Shown here in pieces: positions 12,715-22,501 of a DNA stretch of 64,000 nucleotides (its first letter is position 1; every line of letters starts with the position of its first letter). Source of the stretch: an uncultured delta proteobacterium (GTDB taxonomy: Bacteria; Myxococcota; Myxococcia; Myxococcales; Anaeromyxobacteraceae); the NCBI GenBank assembly GCA_963814585.1, contig CAWFDF010000003.1:256001-320000 (forward strand), written 5' to 3'. Position numbers and translations under genes: made by a program. The notes below the pieces were generated by a model that saw only the letters and a program-made list of their open reading frames with translations, ran no database searches and was not told where the DNA came from.

Positions 12715-13751
12715 TGCTGCCGCTCCCTCCCCTCCGCCACCTGGCTCCCCGGCACCTCCACGAGGCGCTGGCGCTGCTCGAGGAGGGCAGCCGCGGCCGG
12801 ACCACGCCGGACGGCGACGGGGCCGGGCGGCGCGGGCCGGTCCTCCCCATCGCCGGCGGCACCGACCTGGTGCCCAACCTGAAGCACCGGCTCCTCGACG
12901 TGGAGCTGCTCGTCGACCTGACCCGGCTCGAGGATCCCCACCTCCGCGGGATCCGCGAGGTGGCGGGGAGCCTCCACCTGGGCGCGCTCACCTCGCTGGC
13001 CGACGCCGCGGCCGATCCGCTGCTGCGCGCCCGCCACCCGGTGCTGGCCGGCGCCTACCGCCAGATCGGCTCGCCGCAGCTCCGCAACATGGGGACGGTG
13101 GGAGGCAACCTCTGCCTCGACACCCGCTGCAGCTACGTCAACCAGAGCGCCTTCTGGCGGGCGGCGCTCGGCCACTGCCTGAAGCGCAAGGGCACGGCGT
13201 GCCACGTGGTGCCCGGCGGCACCCGCTGCGTCGCCGCCAGCAGCTCGGACGGCGCGGCCCTGCTCACCGCGCTCGGCGCCGAGGCCCGCGTCGAGGGCAG
13301 GGCCTCGGAGCGCTGGACCCCGGTGGAGGCGCTGTTCCTCGGCGAGGGGCGGCGGCACCTGGCCCTGGCCCCCGGGGAGCTGGTCACCGAGCTGCGCCTC
13401 CCGGCGGCGCCGCCGGGCCGGCGCGCCGCCTACGAGAAGCTCCGGCTGCGCGAGGCCATCGACTTCCCGCTGCTCTCGGTGGCGGCCGTCGCCGACCTGG
13501 GGCCGGCCGGCGCCTGCCGGTCGCTGCGGGTGGTGGTCTCCGCGCTCGGCGCGCGCCCGCGGGTCGTCACCGGCCTCGGCGCCCTCGCCGAGGGCAGGCC
13601 CCTCGACGACGAGGCGCTGGAGCGGGTCGCCGCGGAGGCACATCGCCAGTGCCACCCGCTGGCCAACATCACCGCGGACCCGGCGTGGCGCCGGGCCATG
13701 GTGCCGGTGCTGGTCCGGCGGGCGCTGCGCCGGGCCCTGGGGGGATCGTGA
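12714..13751 (+). CDS. hcrB: FAD-binding subunit with extra Cys-rich insertion (4-hydroxybenzoyl-CoA reductase beta-like)
   Basis: Motifs IAGGTDL and RNMGTVGGNLC. The insertion LDTRCSYVNQSAFWRAALGHCLKRKGTACHVVPGGTRCVA resembles the [4Fe-4S] insertion of HcrB (PaoB has a related one). Confidence 0.82.
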   Translation: MLPLPPLRHLAPRHLHEALALLEEGSRGRTTPDGDGAGRRGPVLPIAGGTDLVPNLKHRLLDVELLVDLTRLEDPHLRGIREVAGSLHLGALTSLADAAADPLLRARHPVLAGAYRQIGSPQLRNMGTVGGNLCLDTRCSYVNQSAFWRAALGHCLKRKGTACHVVPGGTRCVAASSSDGAALLTALGAEARVEGRASERWTPVEALFLGEGRRHLALAPGELVTELRLPAAPPGRRAAYEKLRLREAIDFPLLSVAAVADLGPAGACRSLRVVVSALGARPRVVTGLGALAEGRPLDDEALERVAAEAHRQCHPLANITADPAWRRAMVPVLVRRALRRALGGS

Positions 13752-14665
13752 CCGGCCCCGGTGACGAGCGCGAGGGACCGGGCGGCGCCGAAGGTGGCCG
13801 CGGCGACGACGTCTACGAGGCCCTGGCGCGGGCCCGGCGAGAGCGCGTCCCGGCGGTGCTGGCGACCGTGGTCGAGGTGGCCGGCTCCACGCCGCAGGCC
13901 CCCGGCGCCAAGCTCCTCCTCCTCTCCACCGGACCGGCGATCGGGACCGTCGGCGGCGGGGCCGTCGAGCACCGCGTCCTGGAGGAGGCGCGGGCCATGC
14001 TCGCGCCCGGCGGCCCGGCCCGGCGCCTCGCCGTCTACGAGCTCTCCCGGGACCTCGGCATGTGCTGCGGGGGACGGATGAGGATCTTCCTGGAGCGGAT
14101 CGAGCCGGCGGCCCGGCTCCTGCTCTTCGGCGCCGGCCACGTCGGCCGGGCCATCTGCGCGGCGGCGTCCCGCGCCGGGTTCGAGGTGACGGTGGTCGAC
14201 GAGCGGGAGGCGTGGACGGCCCCCGGCCAGCTGCCGTCGGCGCGGCGGGTCCTCTGCGAAGAGCCCGCCGCCGCGGTGGCCGAGCTCCGGCCCGACGCCG
14301 CCACGGCGTGCGTCGTGGCCACCCACGCCCACGCCATCGACCAGGCCACCGTGAAAGCGCTGCTGGCGACGCCGGCCGCCTTCGTCGGGATGATCGGCAG
14401 CCGCCGCAAGCGGGACAGGTTCCTCCAGCGGCTCTCCGCGCAGGGCGCGTCGCCGGCGCAGCTGGCCCGGCTCCGCACGCCCCTCGGGCTGGACATCGGC
14501 GCGGTCACGCCGGAGGAGATCGCGGTCAGCGTCGTCGCCGAGCTGGTGGCGGTCCGGCGCGGACGGCCGGTGGACCGGTCCGGTCGCCGCGAGGAGCCGG
14601 CTCCTGAGGTCCCGGCGTTGCGGCTGCTCCCGGCCGCCGGCTGGCCGGATCAGGAGGGCGGGTGA
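13748..14665 (+). CDS. xdhC: XdhC/CoxI molybdenum-cofactor insertion chaperone
   Basis: Motifs GSTPQAPGAK, GTVGGGAVE, MCCGG, FGAGHVG, GMIGSRRK and PLGLDIGAVTPEEIAVS. Confidence 0.9.
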   Translation: MTGPGDEREGPGGAEGGRGDDVYEALARARRERVPAVLATVVEVAGSTPQAPGAKLLLLSTGPAIGTVGGGAVEHRVLEEARAMLAPGGPARRLAVYELSRDLGMCCGGRMRIFLERIEPAARLLLFGAGHVGRAICAAASRAGFEVTVVDEREAWTAPGQLPSARRVLCEEPAAAVAELRPDAATACVVATHAHAIDQATVKALLATPAAFVGMIGSRRKRDRFLQRLSAQGASPAQLARLRTPLGLDIGAVTPEEIAVSVVAELVAVRRGRPVDRSGRREEPAPEVPALRLLPAAGWPDQEGG

Positions 14666-15279
14666 GCGTCGCCGCCGTCGTCCTCGCCGCCGGGGCGTCC
14701 AGCCGGATGGGATCGCCCAAGCCGCTCCTCGAGCTCCAGGGCGAGACCTTCCTCGGCCGCATCCTCCGGACCCTCGCGGCGGCGGAGGGCGTCGGTGACC
14801 GGATCGCCGTGCTCGGCCACCAGTCGGCCCGGGTCCGGCAGGGCGTCGGCCTCGCCGGCGCCCGCGCGGTCACCTGCCGGAGCTGGCGGCGGGGGATGCT
14901 GGCGTCGCTCCGCTGCGGCGTCCGCGCCGCGCTGGAGGCGGACCCGGGGCTGCCGGCCGTGCTGGTCTGCCACGTCGACCAGCCCCTCCTCCGGGCCGCC
15001 ACCGCCGCCAGGCTGGTGGGCGCCTTCCGCGCCGGACGGGGTGACGTCCTGGTCGCCACCCATGGCGGCCGCCCCGGGCACCCGGTCCTGCTGGCCCGTG
15101 GCTTCCTCGACCGGCTCCTGGCCGACCGCGGGGTCGAGTCGCTGGCCGCGGCCATCGCCCGGCACGCCCGCCGCCGGGTCGAGGTGGCATGCCGGGACGC
15201 CGCCGTGACGCAGAACATCAATACCAAGGAGGCCCTGGCCGCACTCGAGGTGCAGTTGTCGATTCCCAAGGCGTGTTGA
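14662..15279 (+). CDS. mocA: Molybdenum cofactor cytidylyltransferase-like nucleotidyltransferase
   Basis: Motifs VLAAGASSRMGSPK, GMLASL, VDQP, GHPVL and NINT; sits directly after xdhC. Confidence 0.85.
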   Translation: MSVAAVVLAAGASSRMGSPKPLLELQGETFLGRILRTLAAAEGVGDRIAVLGHQSARVRQGVGLAGARAVTCRSWRRGMLASLRCGVRAALEADPGLPAVLVCHVDQPLLRAATAARLVGAFRAGRGDVLVATHGGRPGHPVLLARGFLDRLLADRGVESLAAAIARHARRRVEVACRDAAVTQNINTKEALAALEVQLSIPKAC

Positions 15280-15352
15280 TGCTGTTAGCGTTTTCTCCAT
15301 CCCCCGCTTCGCGCAACGGACCACTGGGGCCTCGTGCCCCGAGGAGGATCAC

Positions 15353-16489
15353 GTGATGAGGATGCTCAGACCCATTCTGGCCGTGGTGTTGTTCTGTCTG
15401 GCTGGACCGGCGGCCGCAGCCGAGACCATCAAGATCGGGGCGCTGCTGGCGGTGACCGGGCCGGCCTCCTTCCTGGGCGCCCCGGAAGCGCGCACGCTGG
15501 AGATGCTGGTGGAGAAGGCCAACGCCGCCGGCGGCATCAACGGCATCAAGTTCGAGCTGCTGATCAAGGACACCGGCGCCAGCCCCGAGAAGGCCGTGTC
15601 CTTCGCCAAGCAGCTCATCGAGGAGCACCAGGTCTTCGCCATCATCGGCCCCTCCACCAGCGGCGAGTCGATGCAGGTGAAGCAGCTGGCCGAGGAGAGC
15701 GGCACCCTGCTGCTCTCCTGCGCCGCGGCCGAGGTCATCGTCCAGCCGGTGTCCAGGTGGGTCTTCAAGTCGCCGCAGAGCGACAGCGACGCCGTCCGGC
15801 GGATCTTCGACCGCATCAAGAAGCTCGGCATCACCAAGGTCGGCGTGCTCACCTCCAACACCGGCTTCGGCAAGGCCGGCAAGGCCCAGCTGGAGAAGCT
15901 GGCGCCGACCTACGGCCTCACCATCGTGGCCAGCGAGGTCTACGACAAGGCCGCCACCGACCTGACCGCCGAGGTCACCAAGATGAAGGCGTCGGGCGCC
16001 GCCGCCCTGGTCAACTGGTCGATCGAGCCGGCCCAGTCGATCGTCCTCAAGAACGCCCGCCAGATCGGCCTGGCCATCCCGCTCTTCCAGAGCCACGGCT
16101 TCGGCAACCTCGCCTACGTCAAGGCGGCCGGGGAAGCCGCCGAGGGCGTGGTCTTCCCGGCTGGCCGGCTCCTGGTGGCCGACTCGCTCCCCGACTCCAA
16201 CCCGCAGAAGAAGCTCCTCGTCGACTACAAGCGCAGCTACGAGGCCAGGTACAAGGAGGACGTCTCCACCTTCGGCGGTCACGCCTATGACGCCTTCCTC
16301 ATGCTCGAGGCCGGCCTCAAGGCCGGCGGGACCAACAAGCAGAAGGCCCGCGACGCCATCGAGAAGATCACCGGGATGGCCGGAACCGCCGGCGTCTTCA
16401 ACATGTCGGCCACCGATCACTGCGGCCTGAACCAGGACGCCTTCGAGATGCTGGTGGTGAAGGACGGCAAGTTCCAGATCCTGAAGTAG
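15353..16489 (+). CDS. Periplasmic solute-binding protein, LivK/branched-chain (HAAT) family; no permease adjacent
   Basis: Signal peptide, IKIGALLAVTGPASFLG, NAAGGING, IIGPSTSG and FGGHAYDA. RBS GAGGAGG at 15341. Confidence 0.9.
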   Translation: MMRMLRPILAVVLFCLAGPAAAAETIKIGALLAVTGPASFLGAPEARTLEMLVEKANAAGGINGIKFELLIKDTGASPEKAVSFAKQLIEEHQVFAIIGPSTSGESMQVKQLAEESGTLLLSCAAAEVIVQPVSRWVFKSPQSDSDAVRRIFDRIKKLGITKVGVLTSNTGFGKAGKAQLEKLAPTYGLTIVASEVYDKAATDLTAEVTKMKASGAAALVNWSIEPAQSIVLKNARQIGLAIPLFQSHGFGNLAYVKAAGEAAEGVVFPAGRLLVADSLPDSNPQKKLLVDYKRSYEARYKEDVSTFGGHAYDAFLMLEAGLKAGGTNKQKARDAIEKITGMAGTAGVFNMSATDHCGLNQDAFEMLVVKDGKFQILK

Positions 16490-16533
16490 CGCTCGGGCCG
16501 GGCCGCCTCGAGCGGCCAGGCGTGCGGAACATG

Positions 16534-16573
16534 GAGAGGGGACCCGGGTCGAACCCGGGTCCCCTCTCTCTTT
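16534..16573 (+). terminator. Intrinsic terminator-like hairpin closing the catabolic operon
   Basis: Perfect 16-bp stem GAGAGGGGACCCGGGT-cga-ACCCGGGTCCCCTCTC followed by TCTTT. Confidence 0.8.
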
Positions 16574-16628
16574 GGCGGTCGGCACTGAACATCCCTGCAG
16601 GCACCGGGGTGGGGAGATGGGCGGCCCG

Positions 16629-16693
16629 TTGACTTCCCGACCCGGATCCACCTAGATCCGGACCACTTCGTGGCAAAAAGTGGCAGGAAGTGG
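16629..16693 (+). promoter_or_regulatory. dcw promoter with three MraZ-type boxes
   Basis: TTGACT (16629), an 18-bp spacer, then TAGATC (16653). GTGG occurs at 16670, 16680 and 16690 with an exact 10-bp period (GTGGCAAAAAGTGGCAGGAAGTGG), directly upstream of mraZ. Confidence 0.75.
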
Positions 16694-16719
16694 ATCGCAG
16701 GGGCAGGATCGGACCGCTC

Positions 16720-17154
16720 GTGTTCTTCGGAACCTACAACCACACCATCGACGGCAAGGGGCGCACCAGCCTCCCGGCCAGGCTGCGCGAGGCGCTCGCG
16801 GCGGCCGGCGAGCCGCGCATCGTGCTGCTGCGCAACTCGCACACCAGGTCGCTGCTGGCGCTGCCCCAGTCGCAGTGGAGCGAGCTGGCGCGCAAGGTGG
16901 CGGCCGCCTCGCCGTTCGACGCCCTGATGCAGCGCAACGTCCTCAAGTTCATCGCCTCGGCCCACGAGGTGGACCTCGACGTCCACGGCCGCGTGCTGGT
17001 GCCACCGGCGCTCCGCGAGTGGGCCGGGCTGGTGAAGGACGTCGTCTGGGTGGGCATGGGTGGCTACATCCAGCTCTACGACCAGGCGGCGTACGAGGCG
17101 GAGATGGCGGCGGAGATCCCCGCCGAGCAGCGGCTCGACTTCTTCAAGGTCTAG
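16720..17154 (+). CDS. mraZ: Transcriptional regulator MraZ
   Basis: [23 protein letters not shown] and [15 protein letters not shown] (two DxxGR motifs); first gene of the dcw cluster. Confidence 0.93.
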   Translation: MFFGTYNHTIDGKGRTSLPARLREALAAAGEPRIVLLRNSHTRSLLALPQSQWSELARKVAAASPFDALMQRNVLKFIASAHEVDLDVHGRVLVPPALREWAGLVKDVVWVGMGGYIQLYDQAAYEAEMAAEIPAEQRLDFFKV

Positions 17155-17172
17155 GGCGTGGAGGGCGAAGGC

Positions 17173-17475
17173 ATGTACGAGACCAGGCAGGGGGACGAGG
17201 TGACGGTGATCCGGGGCGCCGGCGAGCTCTCCCGCGAGGAGCTGGCCGCCATCGCGCGGGTGGCGGCGCAGGCGCGGGCGCTGGGTCGGACCGTGGTCGT
17301 CGACCTGAAGCGGGTCACCCACCTCCACTACGCCGGCGCCGCGCTGCTCAAGGCCATCCCCGGGCTGCGCGCCGCGGGCGCGACGCGCTACGTGCGCGAC
17401 CTGGTGCACGCCGGCGGGGCCGGAGGGTACGTCGAGATGTTCGCCGACGTCGAGACCGCCATCCGGGCCGCGTGA
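17173..17475 (+). CDS. Small STAS-like domain protein
   Basis: [25 protein letters not shown] and [11 protein letters not shown] follow the STAS/anti-anti-sigma pattern. Its stop overlaps the rsmH start. Confidence 0.7.
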   Translation: MYETRQGDEVTVIRGAGELSREELAAIARVAAQARALGRTVVVDLKRVTHLHYAGAALLKAIPGLRAAGATRYVRDLVHAGGAGGYVEMFADVETAIRAA

Positions 17476-18404
17476 GCGAGGCGTATGTCCATGAGCCGGT
17501 GCTGGCACACGAGGTGGTCGAGCTGCTCCGTCCCGGGCCGGGGATGCTGTTCCTCGACGGCACCCTCGGTGGCGGCGGCCACTCGTCGCTCTTCCTCGAG
17601 GCGGGGGCGCGCGTGATCGGCATGGACAAGGACCCGCGCGCCCTGGCGGCGGCCAGCGCCCGGCTGGCCCGCTACGGTGAGGCCTTCCGCGCCGTGCGCG
17701 GCGACTTCCGCGACGCCCGCAACGTGCTGGCGGCGCTCGGGCTCGACGGCGTCGACGGCGCGCTGGTGGACCTCGGGGTCTCCTCCCCGCAGCTCGACGA
17801 CCCGTCGCGCGGCTTCTCCTTCCGCGACGGCGGCCCGCTCGACATGCGCATGGGGCCGGAGGGCCAGACGCTGGCCGACCTGCTGATCCGCCTCGACGAG
17901 CGCGAGCTCTCCGCCATCCTCTCGACCTACGGGGAGGAGCCGTTCGCCCGCCCCATCGCCCGCGCCATCAAGCGCGCCGTCGAGTCCGGCGACCCGCTCG
18001 ACACGGCCCGGCTGGCCGAGCTGGTGGGCGCCGCCATCCCGCGCAAGGCCTGGCCGAAGCGGATCCACCCGGCCACCCGGACCTTCCAGGCGCTCCGCAT
18101 CGCGGTCAACGACGAGCTGGGGGCGCTGGCGGCCTGGCTGGAGTCGCTCCCGCAGCTCGTCAAGCCGGGCGGCCGCGCCGGGGCCATCGCCTTCCACAGC
18201 CTCGAGGATCGGGCCGTCAAGGAGAAGTTCCGCGCCCTCTGCCAGGCCTGCACCTGCCCGCCGGGCATGCCGGTGTGCGGCTGCGGCGCCACGCCCACCT
18301 TCTCGCCGGTGACCCGCAAGCCGGCCATGGCCAGCGACGCCGAGGTGGCGCGCAACCCGCGCGCCCGCAGCGCGCGGCTGCGCGTGGTGGAGCGGCGCCG
18401 GTGA
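17472..18404 (+). CDS. rsmH: 16S rRNA m4C1402 methyltransferase
   Basis: Motifs [49 protein letters not shown] and [10 protein letters not shown]. Confidence 0.96.
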   Translation: MSEAYVHEPVLAHEVVELLRPGPGMLFLDGTLGGGGHSSLFLEAGARVIGMDKDPRALAAASARLARYGEAFRAVRGDFRDARNVLAALGLDGVDGALVDLGVSSPQLDDPSRGFSFRDGGPLDMRMGPEGQTLADLLIRLDERELSAILSTYGEEPFARPIARAIKRAVESGDPLDTARLAELVGAAIPRKAWPKRIHPATRTFQALRIAVNDELGALAAWLESLPQLVKPGGRAGAIAFHSLEDRAVKEKFRALCQACTCPPGMPVCGCGATPTFSPVTRKPAMASDAEVARNPRARSARLRVVERRR

Positions 18405-18856
18405 TCCGCGCCGCCTCCAGGCGGCCCGCCGTGGCCGGCCCCGTCCTGCGGACCACCCTCTTCGTCGCCCTGCTGGCGGCCATGCTGGTGGCCTTCACCT
18501 GGTCGCGAACGCGGACGCTCACCGCCGCCTACCAGCTGGGCCTGCTCCAGAAGGAGCACGCCCGGCTCACCGCCGAGCACGACCGGCTGGTGCTGGAGGT
18601 GGAGGCGCTCAAGGCGCCTTCGGCGCTGGAGAAGTTCGCGCGGACCAAGCTCTCGATGGCTCCACCCGCGCCCGGCGCGGTGATCGCGGTGCACGCCGCG
18701 GCGATCGCCTCCCGGCCGGCGCTGGAGCCCAACCCTGGACGGGCGGCGGCGGGTGCCCGCACGGCGTCGGCGAACGCCGGGCGGGACGCGGAGGTCCCCG
18801 GGGCGCAGCGGGTCGCGCTCCGGGGGCCGTCGCGGGTGGCCTCGTCGACGGAGTGA
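18401..18856 (+). CDS. ftsL: Cell division protein FtsL
   Basis: Single TM segment plus coiled coil, then [14 protein letters not shown]; lies between rsmH and ftsI. Confidence 0.85.
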   Translation: MIRAASRRPAVAGPVLRTTLFVALLAAMLVAFTWSRTRTLTAAYQLGLLQKEHARLTAEHDRLVLEVEALKAPSALEKFARTKLSMAPPAPGAVIAVHAAAIASRPALEPNPGRAAAGARTASANAGRDAEVPGAQRVALRGPSRVASSTE

Positions 18857-18865
18857 TCGGCCTCC

Positions 18866-20899
18866 ATGCGCCCCGGGCCGGACCCCAAGGCAACCCGCTG
18901 GATCGCCGTCCGCATCGGCCTGATCGGCCTGCTCTTCCTGGCCGGCTTCGCCGGCCTGGCCTGGCGCGCCGTGCAGCTGCAGGTGGTGCAGCGCGAGCGG
19001 CTCTCCTCCGAGGCGCGCGACCAGTACCTGCGCCAGTTCGAGATGAAGCCGCGCCGCGGCGTGGTGACGGACCGGGCCGGCGTGCTGCTGGCCGGCAGCG
19101 CCGACGCCGAGTCGGTCTTCGTGGATCCCGAGCTGCTGGGCGAGCGGGCCAACACGGTGCTCCGGCCGCTGGCCGCCGCGCTCGGCCTGGACTGGAAGGC
19201 GCTGGCGAGGAAGGTGGAGCGCGGGTCGCGCTTCGTCTGGGCCAAGCGGCGCATCTCGCCGGCGGAGGCCAGCGCGGTGCGCCTGCTGGCCGTCCCCGGC
19301 GTCGGCCTGGTGGCCGAGAACCGGCGCTACTACCCGAAGGTCACGCTGGCCGGGCAGCTGCTCGGCGTCACCGGCGACGAGGGCTCCGGGCTCGACGGCG
19401 TCGAGCTGGCCTTCGACGACCTGCTGCGTGGCGAGCCGACGCGGGTCCCCTCGCTGCGCGACGGGAGGGGGAGACTGGTGCTCCAGGACGCCCCGGGCTC
19501 GGCCCGTGGGCGCGAGGGGGCGCGGATCGAGCTGACCATCGACCAGGGGCTGCAGCTGGCCGCCGAGCGGGCGCTGGCCACGGCGGTCCGCGGCAGCCGG
19601 GCGCTCTCCGGCGTGGCGGTGGCGCTCGATCCGGCCACCGGCGAGATCCTGGCCATGGCCAGCGATCCGCCCGTCAACCCCAACTCGCCACGCGGCGGGC
19701 CGGACCAGCGCAACCGGGCCGTCACCGACGCCTTCGAGCCCGGCTCCACCGTCAAGGCCTTCACCCTGGCGGGTGCGCTCGACCGCGGCGTCCTCAAGCC
19801 CACCGACGCCATCGACTGCAGCGCAGGGTACACCGTGGGTGGACACATCATCCACGACCACAAGCCCATCGGCTGGACCGGCCCGGCCCAGGTGCTGGCC
19901 GCCTCGTCCAACGTGGGCGCCGCCCGCATCGGGGCCCGGCTCGGCAAGCAGGGGCTCTCCGAGGTGCTCGCCTCCTTCGGGTTCGGCGAGCGCGCCGGCA
20001 CCGGGCTCCCCGGCGAGCGGCGCGGCCAGCTGCCGTTCCCGAGAGCCGACATCACCCTGGCCACGCAGAGCTTCGGCCAGGGATTCACCGCCACGCCGCT
20101 GCAGGTGGTCCTCGCCATGGGCGCCATCGCCAACGGCGGCACGCTCATGAAGCCGCTGCTGGTGAGGCGCGTGCTCGACCCGGCCGACGGGTCGGTGCTG
20201 GACCAGGCCGAGCCGGCCCCGGTCCGGCGGGCGGTCTCGGCCGCCTCCGCCGCCACCATGGTCCGCTGGCTCGCCGGGGTGGTCGAGGATCCGGACGGGA
20301 CCGGCAAGCGGGCCCGGTCCGACGGCTGGCGTGTCGCCGGCAAGACCGGCACCGCCCAGAAGTCCGACCCGGTCTCGGGCGGGTACTCGGCCGACCGCCA
20401 CTTCAGCTCCTTCGTCGGCTTCGCGCCGGTCGAGGCTCCACGGGTGGTCATCGGCGTCTTCATCGACGAGCCCAGGGGGGAGATCTTCGGCGGCGAGGTG
20501 GCCGCCCCGCCGTTTCGCGAGATCGCCGAGTACGCCCTGAAGATGCTGGGGGTTCCGCCCACCGGGCCGGGTCCCGCCAGCGGGCCGGCACCCCGCCTCC
20601 CGGCCGCCCAGGCCGCTGCGTCCCTCCCCGCGGAGATCCCGGCTGGGGAGCCCGACGTGGAGCCGGCCGCCCTGGCCCCGGTCGCCGTGGCGGCTCGCCG
20701 GAGCGCCGGCACCACCGGCGGCGTGGCGGTCCCGGCGCTGGCCGGCCTCCCGGCGCGGAGCGCCATCCGGGCGCTGGAGGCCCTCGATCTCGGCGCCGAG
20801 CTGACCGGCTCCGGCCGGGTGGTCCTGCAGGCCCCGCCCCCGGGCCGGGTCGTCGAGCGCGGCGCGCGCGTCAAGATTACCCTCGCGCCCCCGGGCTGA
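18866..20899 (+). CDS. ftsI: Class B PBP (PBP3) with C-terminal PASTA-like domain
   Basis: Motifs PRRGVVTDR, RRYYP, FEPGSTVK (SxxK), SSNVG (SxN) and GKTGTAQK (KTG). Confidence 0.95.
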   Translation: MRPGPDPKATRWIAVRIGLIGLLFLAGFAGLAWRAVQLQVVQRERLSSEARDQYLRQFEMKPRRGVVTDRAGVLLAGSADAESVFVDPELLGERANTVLRPLAAALGLDWKALARKVERGSRFVWAKRRISPAEASAVRLLAVPGVGLVAENRRYYPKVTLAGQLLGVTGDEGSGLDGVELAFDDLLRGEPTRVPSLRDGRGRLVLQDAPGSARGREGARIELTIDQGLQLAAERALATAVRGSRALSGVAVALDPATGEILAMASDPPVNPNSPRGGPDQRNRAVTDAFEPGSTVKAFTLAGALDRGVLKPTDAIDCSAGYTVGGHIIHDHKPIGWTGPAQVLAASSNVGAARIGARLGKQGLSEVLASFGFGERAGTGLPGERRGQLPFPRADITLATQSFGQGFTATPLQVVLAMGAIANGGTLMKPLLVRRVLDPADGSVLDQAEPAPVRRAVSAASAATMVRWLAGVVEDPDGTGKRARSDGWRVAGKTGTAQKSDPVSGGYSADRHFSSFVGFAPVEAPRVVIGVFIDEPRGEIFGGEVAAPPFREIAEYALKMLGVPPTGPGPASGPAPRLPAAQAAASLPAEIPAGEPDVEPAALAPVAVAARRSAGTTGGVAVPALAGLPARSAIRALEALDLGAELTGSGRVVLQAPPPGRVVERGARVKITLAPPG

Positions 20900-21005
20900 C
20901 GTAGTATCGGGCCGCGCCGGAACCGGCCGGCTGCGGCGCCACGCAACCTCCCGCACGGACGCCGGAAATTGGCCGGTCCTCCCCGCGCGTGAGAACCTTC
21001 CACCG

Positions 21006-22501
21006 ATGCGGCTCTCGGACGTCATCGCAGGCACCGGCGCGCGCGGCGCGCTCCCCGACGACCCGGAGGTCCTCCGCGTCACCGGCGACTCCCGGGAGGT
21101 GGTCCCGGGTGCGCTCTTCTGCGCGCTCCCGGGGACGCGCACCGACGGCCACGCCTTCGCCGCCGAGGCCGCCCGACGCGGCGCCGTGGCCGTGATCGCC
21201 GAGCGGCCGGTGGACTGCGCGCCGGCCGGCCTGCTGCTGGCGCCGTCGGCGAGGCGGGCCATGGCGCTCTGCGCCGCCAACTTCCACGGCCGGCCCGGCG
21301 ACGCCATGCAGATCGCTCGGCGTCACCGGCACCAACGGCAAGACCACGGTCTGCTACCTGGTCGAGGCCTGCGCCCGCGCCGCGGGGCGGGCGCCCGGGG
21401 TCCTGGGCACGGTCACGCACCGGTTCGGCGGCGTGGAGCGCGCCGCCACCCACACCACGCCGGAGTCGACCGCCGTGCAGGCGTTGCTCGGCGAGATGCG
21501 CGACGCCGGCACCTCGCTGGTGGTGATGGAGGTCTCCTCCCACGCCCTGGCGCAGGAGCGGGTGGCCGGCCTGCGCTTCGCCGCCGCCGGCTTCACCAAC
21601 CTCTCCCGCGATCACCTCGACTACCACGGCGACATGGAGGGGTACTTCGCCGCCAAGCGACGGCTCTTCGTCGAGCACCTCGCCCCCGACGGCATCGCGG
21701 TGGTGAACGCCCGCGACCCCTGGGGCGCGCGGCTCGCCGACCAGCTGCGGCCCGGGCCGGACCGCCTGGCGCTACGGCACCCGCGCCGAGGACCAGCTCC
21801 GGGCCGAGTCGGCGGACCTCTCCATGGCCGGGATCAAGGCCACGGTGCGGACGCCGCGTGGCCCGCTCGCCCTGCGCTCGCCGCTGGTGGGCGCGCACAA
21901 CCTGGAGAACCTCCTCTGCGCCGCCGGGCTGGCGGTGGCCGCGGGGCTGCCCATCGCCGCCGTCGAGGCCGGGCTCTCGGCCTGCCGTGGCGCGCCCGGG
22001 CGGCTGGAGCGGATCGACGGGCGCGGCCTCTCGGTCTTCGTGGACTACGCCCACACCGACGACGCGCTGGCCCGCGCCGTCGAGGCGCTCCGCTCGCTGG
22101 GGCCGCGCCGCCTGGTGCTGGTCTTCGGCTGCGGCGGCGATCGGGATCGCGGCAAGCGGCCGCTCATGGGGACGGTGGCCGGGCGCGGCGCCGACGTCAC
22201 CGTCGTCACCAGCGACAACCCCCGCACCGAGGATCCGCTCCGCATCATCGCCGAGATCGAGCCGGGGCTGGCCCAGGCCGGGTGCGCCCGCCGCACCGCC
22301 GCCGAGGCGGTCGCCGGCGAGCCGGGCTACGTGGTCGAGCCGGATCGGCGCGCCGCCATCGAGCTGGCGCTGGCCTGCGCCCGCCCGGGCGACGCCGTGC
22401 TCCTCGCCGGCAAGGGGCACGAGGCCTACCAGCTGGTGGGCTCCGAGCGCCGCCGCTTCGACGATCGGGACGAGGCGAGGAGGGCCCTGGGCCTGGCATG
22501 A
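21006..22501 (+). CDS. murE: UDP-MurNAc-dipeptide--DAP ligase; frameshifts near 21315 and 21755
   Basis: Motifs DSREV..GALF, GVTGTNGKTT, HTTPES, MEVSSHAL, NLSRDHLDYH, VDYAHT, FGCGGDRDRGKR, SDNPR and AGKGHE, spread over successive frames. Confidence 0.93.

Noticed and set aside
9856..13751. Aerobic CO dehydrogenase (coxSLM)
   Set aside because: No AYxCSFR active-site motif (the loop reads PKRGHG), and the FAD subunit carries the Cys-rich insertion of the HcrB type.
15268..15282. Sigma54 promoter for the solute-binding protein gene
   Set aside because: GG-N9-GC spacing, a weak match to TGGCAC, and no homopolymer to explain a lost base.
21006..22501. murE pseudogene or programmed frameshift
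   Set aside because: The gene is essential, all motifs are intact, no slippery heptamer was seen, and similar indels occur across the window.
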